From contig JAIKXN010000178.1 of the NCBI GenBank assembly GCA_024684055.1, positions 8,741 to 72,740 on the forward strand: 64,000 nt of DNA. The letters are read 5' to 3'. Position numbers and translations under genes: made by a program. Below the pieces are notes generated by a model, which was not told where the DNA came from, searched no databases, and saw only the letters and a list, made by a program, of their open reading frames with translations. Source of the DNA: Lachnospiraceae bacterium. Its GTDB lineage: Bacteria; Bacillota; Clostridia; Lachnospirales; Lachnospiraceae. Below are positions 44,452 to 53,070 of this stretch, in pieces (the first letter of the stretch is position 1; the number at the start of each line of letters is the position of its first letter).

Positions 44452-45561
44452 TTATATTTTACCCTGAATCTTGTAAACATATGCGAGAATGTCGGCAACC
44501 GCTTTGTAAAGTTCAGGCGGTATCACCTGACCGATTTCAACATTGTAATAAAGCATACGCGCCAGGGGTTTGTTTTCCACAATTTCAATATTGTTTTCTT
44601 TCGCAGTTTCCTTAATCTTCCCTGCCAGATAATCGGCACCTTTCGCAAGAACGATCGGCGCTTCCGCAACATCCGCATCATACTTTATGGCGACCGCAAA
44701 ATGCGTAGGGTTCGTGATGACAACATCCGCTTTCGGAATATCCTGCATCATTCTTCTTCTGGAAGCCTGCATCATCCTCTGCTTTATCTGACCTTTAACC
44801 TGAGGATCACCTTCGGACTGTTTATATTCATCCTTTACTTCCTGCTTGGTCATCTTCATGTCTTCCTTGAATTTCCAGGACTGAAAGAAATAATCTGCAA
44901 AAGCGATTATCAGATAAAATCCCGATATCCTGATCCCCAGATCAAGGATTATGTTTCCCATCAGTGAAATACCCTGACTTACAGGCATATCCAAAAGTAT
45001 TAGGATCGACGTCCATTTATCGCGTAAGGTTGAATATGAAATGTACCCGATAAGAACAATTTTAAGTATCGACTTTAAAAGTTCCGCAAGCGACTGTATC
45101 GAAAACATTTTCTTGAATCCGTTTATCGGATTGAATTTATTGAATTTCGGCTGAAGCGGCTTTGCCGTGGGTTTCCATTTAACCTGTGCAATCTCGCACA
45201 CAAGCCCTACTCCGAGTGCAACGAGTAAAAAAGGCGCCATGTATAAAATAAATCTTATTATCAGATTCCTGAAAAGCGTCAGAAAATACCATACCGAGTC
45301 ACCCGATGCCATCTGCGATGCAAGGGAAGGAATCCTGTTGTAAACATAAGTAAACGTCGAAAGAAACTGATTGCCGAGTGTTCCAACCCATATCTTCAAA
45401 AGAATAAACATGGCTAGAAGCGAAAAGCCGATGGCAATTTCCTTGCTTTTTGCAACCTGGCCTTCTTTTCTGGCATCTTCCAGTTTCTTCGGAGTAGCTT
45501 CTTCGGTTTTTTCTCCGCCGGGGCCTTCTTTGGCGAAGAGGTAAAGATCATAATCCAGCAT
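44452..45561 (-). CDS. flhB: Flagellar export switch protein FlhB
   Basis: EKTEEATPKKL, EGDPQVK, autocleavage motif NPTH. Confidence 0.98.
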   Translation of the reverse strand: MLDYDLYLFAKEGPGGEKTEEATPKKLEDARKEGQVAKSKEIAIGFSLLAMFILLKIWVGTLGNQFLSTFTYVYNRIPSLASQMASGDSVWYFLTLFRNLIIRFILYMAPFLLVALGVGLVCEIAQVKWKPTAKPLQPKFNKFNPINGFKKMFSIQSLAELLKSILKIVLIGYISYSTLRDKWTSILILLDMPVSQGISLMGNIILDLGIRISGFYLIIAFADYFFQSWKFKEDMKMTKQEVKDEYKQSEGDPQVKGQIKQRMMQASRRRMMQDIPKADVVITNPTHFAVAIKYDADVAEAPIVLAKGADYLAGKIKETAKENNIEIVENKPLARMLYYNVEIGQVIPPELYKAVADILAYVYKIQGKI

Positions 45562-46342
45562 CCATCAAACCCTCCACAAAAGAAACGATTCCTCTCTGCA
45601 TGGCTTTAAATATCAGGTCGCTGAGTTTCGGAAGAAGTCCTACGGTAATAAACAAGACCGCGAGACCTGTAAATACCTTTAACTGAATACCGACCGCAAA
45701 CATATTCATCTGCGGCGCAACTTTGGCAAGAATGCCGAGTATCGCATTCAGTAACATAATCACACAAAAAACAGGAAGGCAAATCTGCAATCCTATCAAC
45801 ATATACTGTCCCAAAAATTTTATCATTGACTGAAGAAGCGAATCATAATTGAAAACAGCTTTCCCAATCGGAATAAGAATAAATGTTTCCGCAAGCGCGG
45901 ATACAAAATACTTATATAAGCCGGTAACAACCATCAGCATCATAAACATATACTGATAGTACACACCGGAAATCGTCGCATCCTGTTTCGTGGCAGGGTC
46001 CATCTGCGAAGCCATCGCAAAACCCATTTCCATATCAACTATTCTTCCGGCAAACAAAACAATCGTCTGACATATATACGCAGCAAGTCCGAGAAGAAGT
46101 CCCACCGCAGCTTCCTTTAATACCATCATCGCTATACTGAGCAATGTTTCGCCGGAAACATATATATGCGGCATTGTCACATAATAAAGAAGAATCGATA
46201 AAAAAAACGAAAAGCCGATTTTTACCCTGTTAGGCACGGAACCTATCGAAAAGAAAGGTGCCACATAAACAAAACAGGTGATCCTTGTCATTATGAGGAG
46301 GAAATATTCCAGTTCTTCTATGGGAAAAGAATAATCAATCAT
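45548..46342 (-). CDS. fliR: Flagellar export protein FliR
   Basis: Multi-TM; APFF..VPNRVKIG, AGRIVDMEMGF, KVAPQMNMF. Confidence 0.96.
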   Translation of the reverse strand: MIDYSFPIEELEYFLLIMTRITCFVYVAPFFSIGSVPNRVKIGFSFFLSILLYYVTMPHIYVSGETLLSIAMMVLKEAAVGLLLGLAAYICQTIVLFAGRIVDMEMGFAMASQMDPATKQDATISGVYYQYMFMMLMVVTGLYKYFVSALAETFILIPIGKAVFNYDSLLQSMIKFLGQYMLIGLQICLPVFCVIMLLNAILGILAKVAPQMNMFAVGIQLKVFTGLAVLFITVGLLPKLSDLIFKAMQRGIVSFVEGLMDAGL

Positions 46343-46345
46343 AAT

Positions 46346-46615
46346 CTATCGGATATACAGCGGAATATCATTCCACAACTGAGTCATGAAAGTTACCATG
46401 TTATTAATCATCCAGTGTCCGAGAAGCATGATCGTCAGAAAAATACCAAGTATTTTAGGAACAAAAGTAAGTGTCTGTTCCTGAATGCTCGTAACGGTCT
46501 GAAATACAGAAACTATAAGACCTATAATTAGTGAAACCAGCAAAGCAGGTGCAGCCGTGATGATAATACAGTATAAAGCATCCCTTGCAATTACGGTTAC
46601 GCTGTCAGTTGACAT
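46346..46615 (-). CDS. fliQ: Flagellar export protein FliQ
   Basis: VSVFQTVTSIQEQTLTFVPK. Confidence 0.97.
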   Translation of the reverse strand: MSTDSVTVIARDALYCIIITAAPALLVSLIIGLIVSVFQTVTSIQEQTLTFVPKILGIFLTIMLLGHWMINNMVTFMTQLWNDIPLYIR

Positions 46616-46644
46616 TTACTCTCTCCTTTCAGACAAAATGAAGA

Positions 46645-47505
46645 TCAATAAAACGATTTGACAAGATTAACGATAACAAGATTCCATCCGTCCGCAAGAA
46701 CGAAAAGAAGAATCTTGAAAGGTGTTGAAATCGTAGTCGGAGGAAGCATCATCATACCCATACTCATGAGAATTGATGATACAACCATATCTATAACGAT
46801 AAAAGGAATATAAATCAGGAATCCTATAATAAACGATGTTCGAAGTTCGGATAAAACAAATGCGGGAATAAGAACAGTCGAAGGAACAGCTTCCGGATCC
46901 GCGCCGTCCCATTCAAGATGTGCGATTTCCATGAATGTCGCAACATCTCTTGCCTGAGTCTGACCATACATAAATTCACGAAGCGGAACCATACCGGCAT
47001 CAAGGGCTTCCTTGGCAGTAATTTCACCTTTGTCAAAAGGTTTGATCGCTTCTTCGTTTATTCTCGTGAAAACGGGAGCCATTATAAAAAGAGTCAGAAA
47101 GATGGCCATGCCGATAAGCACCTGATTGGGAGGTGCAGTCTGCGTACCTATGGCCGTTCTGGTGAAATGAAGGACTATGATGATTCTCGTAAAACTTGTA
47201 AGCATTACGAGCATAGCCGGAATAAAAGATATTACGGTCAGGATTAAAAGGATACGAAGAGATCCGTTTAATTCACCGTTTCCTGAATCATAATGAATAC
47301 TGAATGTGGAATTTGTATTGCCGTCATTCAGTTCATCTTCCAGATCGCTATCTATGGAAGATGTGATGGAATCGACAAGATTATCGGCGTCGTTAATATT
47401 AGATGCATGTGTTTTAACAGGCATTAAATACAACAATATGCCTGCCGAAACAAGCAGGCATAAATATAATAATACTGTTTTAAAAGATACGCATTGATTC
47501 TTCAT
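46645..47505 (-). CDS. fliP: Flagellar export protein FliP (extended N-terminus)
   Basis: TSFTRIIIVL, QTAPPNQVL, MGMMMLPP..ISTPFKILLFVLADGW. Confidence 0.97.
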   Translation of the reverse strand: MKNQCVSFKTVLLYLCLLVSAGILLYLMPVKTHASNINDADNLVDSITSSIDSDLEDELNDGNTNSTFSIHYDSGNGELNGSLRILLILTVISFIPAMLVMLTSFTRIIIVLHFTRTAIGTQTAPPNQVLIGMAIFLTLFIMAPVFTRINEEAIKPFDKGEITAKEALDAGMVPLREFMYGQTQARDVATFMEIAHLEWDGADPEAVPSTVLIPAFVLSELRTSFIIGFLIYIPFIVIDMVVSSILMSMGMMMLPPTTISTPFKILLFVLADGWNLVIVNLVKSFY

Positions 47506-47514
47506 TACTTTCGC

Positions 47515-47880
47515 CTATTTCTTGAGTTTAAAATTTTTTGCCTTATCAAGCATACTCTTAAAATCCATACCGTCAAAATCAGCGTTCTCCGTAATAACAA
47601 TGGAGTCCTCGTTTATTTCACCGAGCATGCTGACGGTATCTTTGCCTACACCGAGAGCAAAAATCTTATCACCGATTCTGACGATCTGAATGTATTTGTT
47701 GTTGGCAATTTTAAATGTTTCGAGAACCTGAATGTTCCCGGATCTCATTTTTCCTTTCTGATATCCGGCAACAAACTTCGTCGTAAAGGCGCATAAAACA
47801 AGAACTATAATAAATAATACAAAAACCGTAAGAAACTGAACAAATCCTCCGGCAGATGAATTATTAAGTGCCAAAATCAT
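47515..47880 (-). CDS. fliO: Flagellar biosynthesis protein FliO/FliZ
   Basis: One TM, then IQVLET..IANNKYIQIVRIGDKIFALGV; between cheY and fliP. ATG 47880 follows the cheY stop. Confidence 0.88.
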   Translation of the reverse strand: MILALNNSSAGGFVQFLTVFVLFIIVLVLCAFTTKFVAGYQKGKMRSGNIQVLETFKIANNKYIQIVRIGDKIFALGVGKDTVSMLGEINEDSIVITENADFDGMDFKSMLDKAKNFKLKK

Positions 47881-47881
47881 A

Positions 47882-48244
47882 TTAACCAACTACTTTCTTG
47901 ACTGCCTCCAAAACACGGTCGGGCTGGAATGGTTTAACGATAAAATCCTTAGCTCCTGCCTGAATGGATTCGATAACCATTGCCTGCTGGCCCATGGCTG
48001 AACACATGATAACCTTTGCGTTAGGATCGGTCGATTTAATCTCCTTGAGAGCCTGAATACCATCCTTGTCAGGCATGGTAATATCCATAAGTACGAGGTC
48101 AGGTTTAAGCTCATTGTATTTTTCAATGGCTTTAACGCCGTTTTCCGCTTCTCCTGCAACTGTGTAACCATTCTTTGATAAAATGTCCTTAATCATCATT
48201 CGCATAAAAGCGGCATCGTCAACAATAAGAATATTTTTTCCCAT
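47882..48244 (-). CDS. cheY: Chemotaxis response regulator CheY
   Basis: Single REC domain: IVDDAAFMRM, LMDITMP, DFIVKPF; Bacillus-like position after fliY. Confidence 0.96.
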   Translation of the reverse strand: MGKNILIVDDAAFMRMMIKDILSKNGYTVAGEAENGVKAIEKYNELKPDLVLMDITMPDKDGIQALKEIKSTDPNAKVIMCSAMGQQAMVIESIQAGAKDFIVKPFQPDRVLEAVKKVVG

Positions 48245-48260
48245 AATTACTTTCTCCTGT

Positions 48261-49508
48261 TTAATTTATTATCTCAGTAATCCTAATACCAAAACTTTCT
48301 TCGATTACTACTACTTCCCCTTTGGCAACAAATTTACCATTTACCAGAACATCAATAGGTTCACCTGCGATCTTGTCAAGTTCTATGATTGTTCCGGGTG
48401 CAAAATCAAGAATATCCGCAATGGACTTCTTGGTACGTCCGAGTTCTACAGTAACCTCAAGCGGTACGTCCATAATAAGATTTATATTCTCCGGCGTATT
48501 GGCCGATACCGTAGGCTGTGTGAAAGTCTGGAACTGAGCAGGCGCCACATTCACGTTTCCGCCCGGGAACGGAGGTGCCTGATATCCCATCGGAGGTGCC
48601 TGGTAACCCATGGGCGGTGCCTGATATCCCATCGGCGGCACCTGATATCCCATTGGCGGTGCCTGATATCCCATCGAAGGATCGGGATAAGGATTCTGAG
48701 GCATCGGCTGAGGTGCGCTCTGAGGTGCAGGTTCGGGAGCAGGTGCCGGTGCAGGTGCTTCCTCTTTTTGAGCTTCGCCGACCTTCTCGGAATCAGCTAC
48801 CTGATTGTTCATGAATATCTGATACAGTTCTCTCGCAAAATCAAGAGGATATAACTGAAGGATAGTTGAATCAATCAGATCTCCGATCTGCATCCTGAAC
48901 GAAATGCTTACAAACGTTCCCGCAAGGAATCCTGAAAATTCTTCACCTTTGGCAAAATCGTTAATATCGATAAGTGATGCCTCAGGCGGAGAAATATCGA
49001 TCATCTTTCCAAGCATTGACGAAAGACTCGTTGCCGATGAACCCATCATCTGGTTCATGGCTTCCGATATCGCACTCAGATGAAGTTCTCCGAGTTCTCC
49101 TTCTATATTTGTTCCATCGCCTCCCATCATGAGGTCGGTAATGATTTTTACATCGTCTTCTTTAAGAATTAATATGTTAGATCCGTCAAGTCCGACTGTA
49201 TAGTTGATTTTGATGAATACACAGGGTCTGTCATATCTTCCTATAAGTTCATCCCATTTAACTATAGTAACCGTAGGTGTCGTAATATCTACTCTTCTGT
49301 TAACAAGCGAATAAAGAGTCGTTGCGCTTGTTCCCATCGATATATTAGCTACTTCACCGATTGCATCTTTTTCAATATCCGATAAAGCTTCTTCACCGGA
49401 AGAATCCGAAGCGGCGGCGGGTTCGGGATCTGCGGAATTATTGTCAGATAAATCCATGCCCGCCAAAAGGGCATTTATTTCATCCTGGGATAAAATACCA
49501 CCATCCAA
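48261..49508 (-). CDS. fliY: Flagellar motor switch phosphatase FliY
   Basis: CheC-like ExxN motifs (EVAN, EAMN) plus a C-terminal SpoA/FliN domain (IMDVPLEVTVELG). Confidence 0.96.
   Translation of the reverse strand: MDGGILSQDEINALLAGMDLSDNNSADPEPAAASDSSGEEALSDIEKDAIGEVANISMGTSATTLYSLVNRRVDITTPTVTIVKWDELIGRYDRPCVFIKINYTVGLDGSNILILKEDDVKIITDLMMGGDGTNIEGELGELHLSAISEAMNQMMGSSATSLSSMLGKMIDISPPEASLIDINDFAKGEEFSGFLAGTFVSISFRMQIGDLIDSTILQLYPLDFARELYQIFMNNQVADSEKVGEAQKEEAPAPAPAPEPAPQSAPQPMPQNPYPDPSMGYQAPPMGYQVPPMGYQAPPMGYQAPPMGYQAPPFPGGNVNVAPAQFQTFTQPTVSANTPENINLIMDVPLEVTVELGRTKKSIADILDFAPGTIIELDKIAGEPIDVLVNGKFVAKGEVVVIEESFGIRITEIIN
48571..48675. repeat. In-frame 21-bp repeat x5 in the fliY linker
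   Basis: Units at 48571, 48592, 48613, 48634, 48655 encode MGYQ(A/V)PP. Confidence 0.97.
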
Positions 49509-49512
49509 CGAT

Positions 49513-50493
49513 TTATTCCTCCTCTCTTATCACTGATGTCACTTTCACTGCGTATTTATCATTGCTGGCACCCGCTACAGCAGTAAATTTGCGGATATTG
49601 CCAACATATACTTCAAGTGCGGATTCAACATTTGTATCAAGCCTTATAATATCCCCGACCGATAAATTGGTGAAATCCGAAACCGTAACATTTGATTTAC
49701 CGAGAAGACATTTAAGAGGAACATCCACTCTCTTTAACATGCCTTCAATGTATTCATTGTAATCCTCTTCGGAAAAGCTGATCATATTCGAGAACCAGAA
49801 CTTGGTATTCAGGTTGTCTATGACGGTTTCGATTGTCATAAACGGCAAAGCCACGTTCATGAAACCTTCAATGTCTCCGATCTTCATGTTAAGCGTAACG
49901 ATCGCTATCATTTCGTTGGGAGCAATGATCTGTGCGAACTGAGGATTCGTTTCTATCCTGTCCAGTATGGGACTGATCTCGATAACATTCTTCCAGGGTT
50001 CACGCAAAAGCTGCACGCTTACTACAAGAAGCTTTTCCAGAATCTTAATCTCGATCTCTGAAAAATCTCTTACTTTGTCAAGAGATTTTCCCTGTCCTCC
50101 CAGCATCCTGTCAACCATAGCAAATCCAAGATTGGAAGTGAGGTTGATGATAATGTCTCCGGGAAGCGGATCGAATTTTATGATCGATAAAACGGAAGGG
50201 TTGCCCAGCGAATTCGAGAATTCAGAGAAAGTAACCGATTCCGAATATGCCACGTTAACCTGCACGTTCTTTCTTAAATATACAGGCAGGTTGGTCGATA
50301 AAAGTCTGCCGTAATGGTCAAATATAAGTTCCAGCGTACGAAGGTGTTCTTTGGAAAACTTGGAAGGACGTTTGAAGTCATAATTCTTGACGGATGCGTC
50401 ATTATTGTCTTTCATCTCGTCAACGTCAATTTCACCGCTGTTTAATGCCTTTAACAGATTGTCTATTTCATTTTGCGATAAAACTTCGCTCAC
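49513..50493 (-). CDS. fliM: Flagellar motor switch protein FliM
   Basis: LSQNEIDNLL CheY-binding peptide, YDFKRP, VDRMLGG; GTG start at 50493 after a GGAGG RBS. Confidence 0.97.
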   Translation of the reverse strand: MSEVLSQNEIDNLLKALNSGEIDVDEMKDNNDASVKNYDFKRPSKFSKEHLRTLELIFDHYGRLLSTNLPVYLRKNVQVNVAYSESVTFSEFSNSLGNPSVLSIIKFDPLPGDIIINLTSNLGFAMVDRMLGGQGKSLDKVRDFSEIEIKILEKLLVVSVQLLREPWKNVIEISPILDRIETNPQFAQIIAPNEMIAIVTLNMKIGDIEGFMNVALPFMTIETVIDNLNTKFWFSNMISFSEEDYNEYIEGMLKRVDVPLKCLLGKSNVTVSDFTNLSVGDIIRLDTNVESALEVYVGNIRKFTAVAGASNDKYAVKVTSVIREEE

Positions 50494-50554
50494 AAAGTCC
50501 CCCTCCTTTCGCACTTATTTCCCGCCTTTTACGAAGGCGGTACGGAAACGACAA

Positions 50555-51079
50555 TTACTGGAAAACTATATCGCTGAAGGAAACGTCAAAAATGAAATCC
50601 GATCCCGAGTATTTTTCCTGAACAAGTTTTAAAATCTCTTTTTTCATCTTATCCTGGGATACTCTGGCATCATCTATCGTATACTGCGAAATAACATCGT
50701 TAACAATACTCCTGAAGAGTTTTTCCTTGTCAGCAACAGTAGCGCCGTATTTCTTGTAATCTTTATGTTTGTTGTTAATGGAGAAAAATACGGTAACCAT
50801 GCAGAAATGAGCATCACTGTCACCCGGCGCGGGCTTAAGGGCAATGGTCATCTTATCGGGTATTGTATAAGTTTCCGTATTTTCGATGGGAACAGCCGCA
50901 ACAGATTCCGTTTCTGATGAACCGGTACCCAGATCGATGCTGATCGCATTTGCTACATCGGATACGACCTTGGCTGTATTGCGATTTGTGGTCATTACCG
51001 TAAACATCGTGATTCCGGAAATGACAATATTTACAAAGGTTAATCCCAAAATGAGGATCGATAACAAGTTCTTCTTCAT
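50555..51079 (-). CDS. fliL: Flagellar basal-body-associated protein FliL
   Basis: N-terminal TM and a C-terminal FliL-like fold ending VSFSDIVFQ; between motB and fliM. Confidence 0.85.
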   Translation of the reverse strand: MKKNLLSILILGLTFVNIVISGITMFTVMTTNRNTAKVVSDVANAISIDLGTGSSETESVAAVPIENTETYTIPDKMTIALKPAPGDSDAHFCMVTVFFSINNKHKDYKKYGATVADKEKLFRSIVNDVISQYTIDDARVSQDKMKKEILKLVQEKYSGSDFIFDVSFSDIVFQ

Positions 51080-51093
51080 AAATTCCCCCGAAT

Positions 51094-51897
51094 TTAGTAA
51101 TTTTCGCTGTAAAAATTATATATTTTTATTTCTACTCTTCTGTTTAAAGCTCTTCCCTCTGCAGTGGAATTATCAGCAATGGGAACATATTCGCCTCTTC
51201 CCGAATGTTTGATTCTGGCAGGGTCAATCGTTGTATTGTCAACCAGATATCTGAAAACGCTTATCGCTCTGGCAGATGACAATTCATCGTTATCGGAATA
51301 TTTTGCTCCGTTCATCGGAACATTGTCCGTATGTCCTTCGACCTCTATGATGCTTTCCGAATATCTCTCAAGGATTTTCGCTATCTGAGCCATAAGAGGC
51401 AGTGATTCTTCTTTTAATTTTGCATCGCCCGAATTAAAAAGCAATGCGCCGTTCATGGTAAGAAGCACATATTGCGAATTGAACTCAACTCCGACTTCTT
51501 CGGCGATATTGTCTTCTTCAAGAGCTTCTTCTATGAGTTCCGCAAGTTCTTCGCTGGCAGCAAGTGCTGCAGCTTCGTGTTCCTCATATGACTCTTCTTT
51601 CATCTGCTTGTCGGAATCTTCGCCCTGTCCCATTGAATTGATATATTTATCAAGTTCGTTGAGCTGCGAAACACCGTTCGAAATAAGCATGCCTTCGCCG
51701 ATTGCTCTGGCACCTGCGGTAAATATCGAAAAAGTATTCGAAAAAGAAGCCGCTACAAGTTCAAACTTCTGTGCATCCACGGATGACATCGAGAAAAGCA
51801 AAACGAAGAAGCAAAGAAGCAGGTTCATAAGATCCGAAAACGTGGCCATCCATGCCGGAGACCCCTGCGGCGGTTCTTCAGGTTTTTTATTAGCCAT
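51094..51897 (-). CDS. motB: Flagellar stator subunit B (MotB/MotS/PomB type)
   Basis: TM WMATFSDLMNLLLCFFVLLFSMS plus an OmpA-like domain (VEGHTD, LSSARA, NRRVEI). ATG 51897 overlaps the motA stop. Confidence 0.95.
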   Translation of the reverse strand: MANKKPEEPPQGSPAWMATFSDLMNLLLCFFVLLFSMSSVDAQKFELVAASFSNTFSIFTAGARAIGEGMLISNGVSQLNELDKYINSMGQGEDSDKQMKEESYEEHEAAALAASEELAELIEEALEEDNIAEEVGVEFNSQYVLLTMNGALLFNSGDAKLKEESLPLMAQIAKILERYSESIIEVEGHTDNVPMNGAKYSDNDELSSARAISVFRYLVDNTTIDPARIKHSGRGEYVPIADNSTAEGRALNRRVEIKIYNFYSENY

Positions 51898-52690
51898 TCT
51901 CTTCACCTCCCTCACCGCTGGAAGCAGCGCTTCTGTCAGCAGGTGCAAGGAACGATTTAAGTTTCTCTTCGATTACTCTGGGGTTTTCGCCGGCCTGAAT
52001 CGAAAGAAGACCTTCAACCATTATTTCTTTACACTGAATTTCAGTGGCATTGTTCGATTTTAATTTGTTAGAAGTAGGCGTACATATCCAGTTCGCAAGA
52101 AGTGAACCGTAGAATGTAGTAATAAGAGCAACTGCCATGGAAGGTCCGATCGATGATGCGTCAGAAAGGTTCTGAAGCATAAGTACCAGACCGATAAGGG
52201 TACCGATCATACCCCAAGCAGGGCCCATCGCACCGAGATCCGACCAGAAGTTAATGTTTTTCTTATGTCTCTCTTCGGTACTTACTATCTCAGTCTCCAT
52301 GATCGCTCTTACAAGTTCGGGATCGGTACCGTCGACGATCAAGAGGATTCCTTTTTTCATGAAAGCATCATCAAGTTCGCCGGATACTTCTTCAAGAGCA
52401 AGAAGACCTTCCTTACGTGCAACGTTCGAAAGTTCAATGATCTTCGAAATCATGCCGGGAACATCCTGTTTCGGTGATTTGAATATCAAAAGAAAGCTCT
52501 TTAAGCCTCCGAGGTAATCTTTGATCGACATGGAAGCCAAAACAGCAAAGAACGCGCCGCCGTATGTAATCAATAAAGATTTAATATCGATGAAATATTT
52601 GATACCGGCAACACCTGCATCACCTGTCATGATACCCATAAGCATCATGGCCACGCAGATACCGAGACCGATAATCGAAGCTAAATCCAC
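51890..52690 (-). CDS. motA: Flagellar stator subunit A (MotA/MotP/PomA type)
   Basis: GTG start; ARKEGLLALE, PAWGMIGTLIGLV, ALITTFYG, IQAGENP. Confidence 0.96.
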   Translation of the reverse strand: MDLASIIGLGICVAMMLMGIMTGDAGVAGIKYFIDIKSLLITYGGAFFAVLASMSIKDYLGGLKSFLLIFKSPKQDVPGMISKIIELSNVARKEGLLALEEVSGELDDAFMKKGILLIVDGTDPELVRAIMETEIVSTEERHKKNINFWSDLGAMGPAWGMIGTLIGLVLMLQNLSDASSIGPSMAVALITTFYGSLLANWICTPTSNKLKSNNATEIQCKEIMVEGLLSIQAGENPRVIEEKLKSFLAPADRSAASSGEGGEENG

Positions 52691-52746
52691 TATTTACGCC
52701 CTTCTTTACACAATTATACGGGAAATTTACATAATTTCCCCTTACC

Positions 52747-52908
52747 CTACGATTTTACTAAATTTTTAATCTCTTGTCTACCTTCTTTTACAATTATCTT
52801 GCGTCCCGTAGACAGTGTAATAACAGTATCTGGTGTTTCTTCAACTGTTTCGATATATCTCTCATTTAAGAGTATTTTTACTCCATCAAGTTTGGTTACT
52901 TCGATCAT
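52747..52908 (-). CDS. flbD: FlbD/SwrD-family small flagellar protein (53 aa, below the ORF-track cutoff)
   Basis: Manual translation MIEVTKLDGVKILLNERYIETVEETPDTVITLSTGRKIIVKEGRQEIKNLVKS*; AAGGTGG RBS; canonical slot between flgE and motA. Confidence 0.9.
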   Translation of the reverse strand: MIEVTKLDGVKILLNERYIETVEETPDTVITLSTGRKIIVKEGRQEIKNLVKS

Positions 52909-52957
52909 AATTTCCACCTTATGATTTTTCCTTTCAAAACACTTGAATAAACATCAA

Positions 52958-52987
52958 ATATCGTCATTTTCTTTTGAATATTTTTAA
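52958..52987 (-). promoter_or_regulatory. Candidate sigma28 promoter for flbD-motAB-fliL
   Basis: TTAAAAA-N15-GACGATAT just downstream of the flgE hairpin; spacing is N17 if measured from TAAA. Confidence 0.45.
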
Positions 52988-53023
52988 CCTTCAAAGACAA
53001 TTTATAAAATAAAAAAACATCAA

Positions 53024-53054
53024 GGCCGGCAGCGCTGAAATTGCAATGCCGGCC
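53024..53054 (-). terminator. GC-rich terminator-like hairpin after flgE
   Basis: Stem GGCCGGCA/TGCCGGCC followed by TTGATGTTTTTTT on the minus strand. Confidence 0.7.
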
Positions 53055-53070
53055 CCGATTCTGAAAAAAT

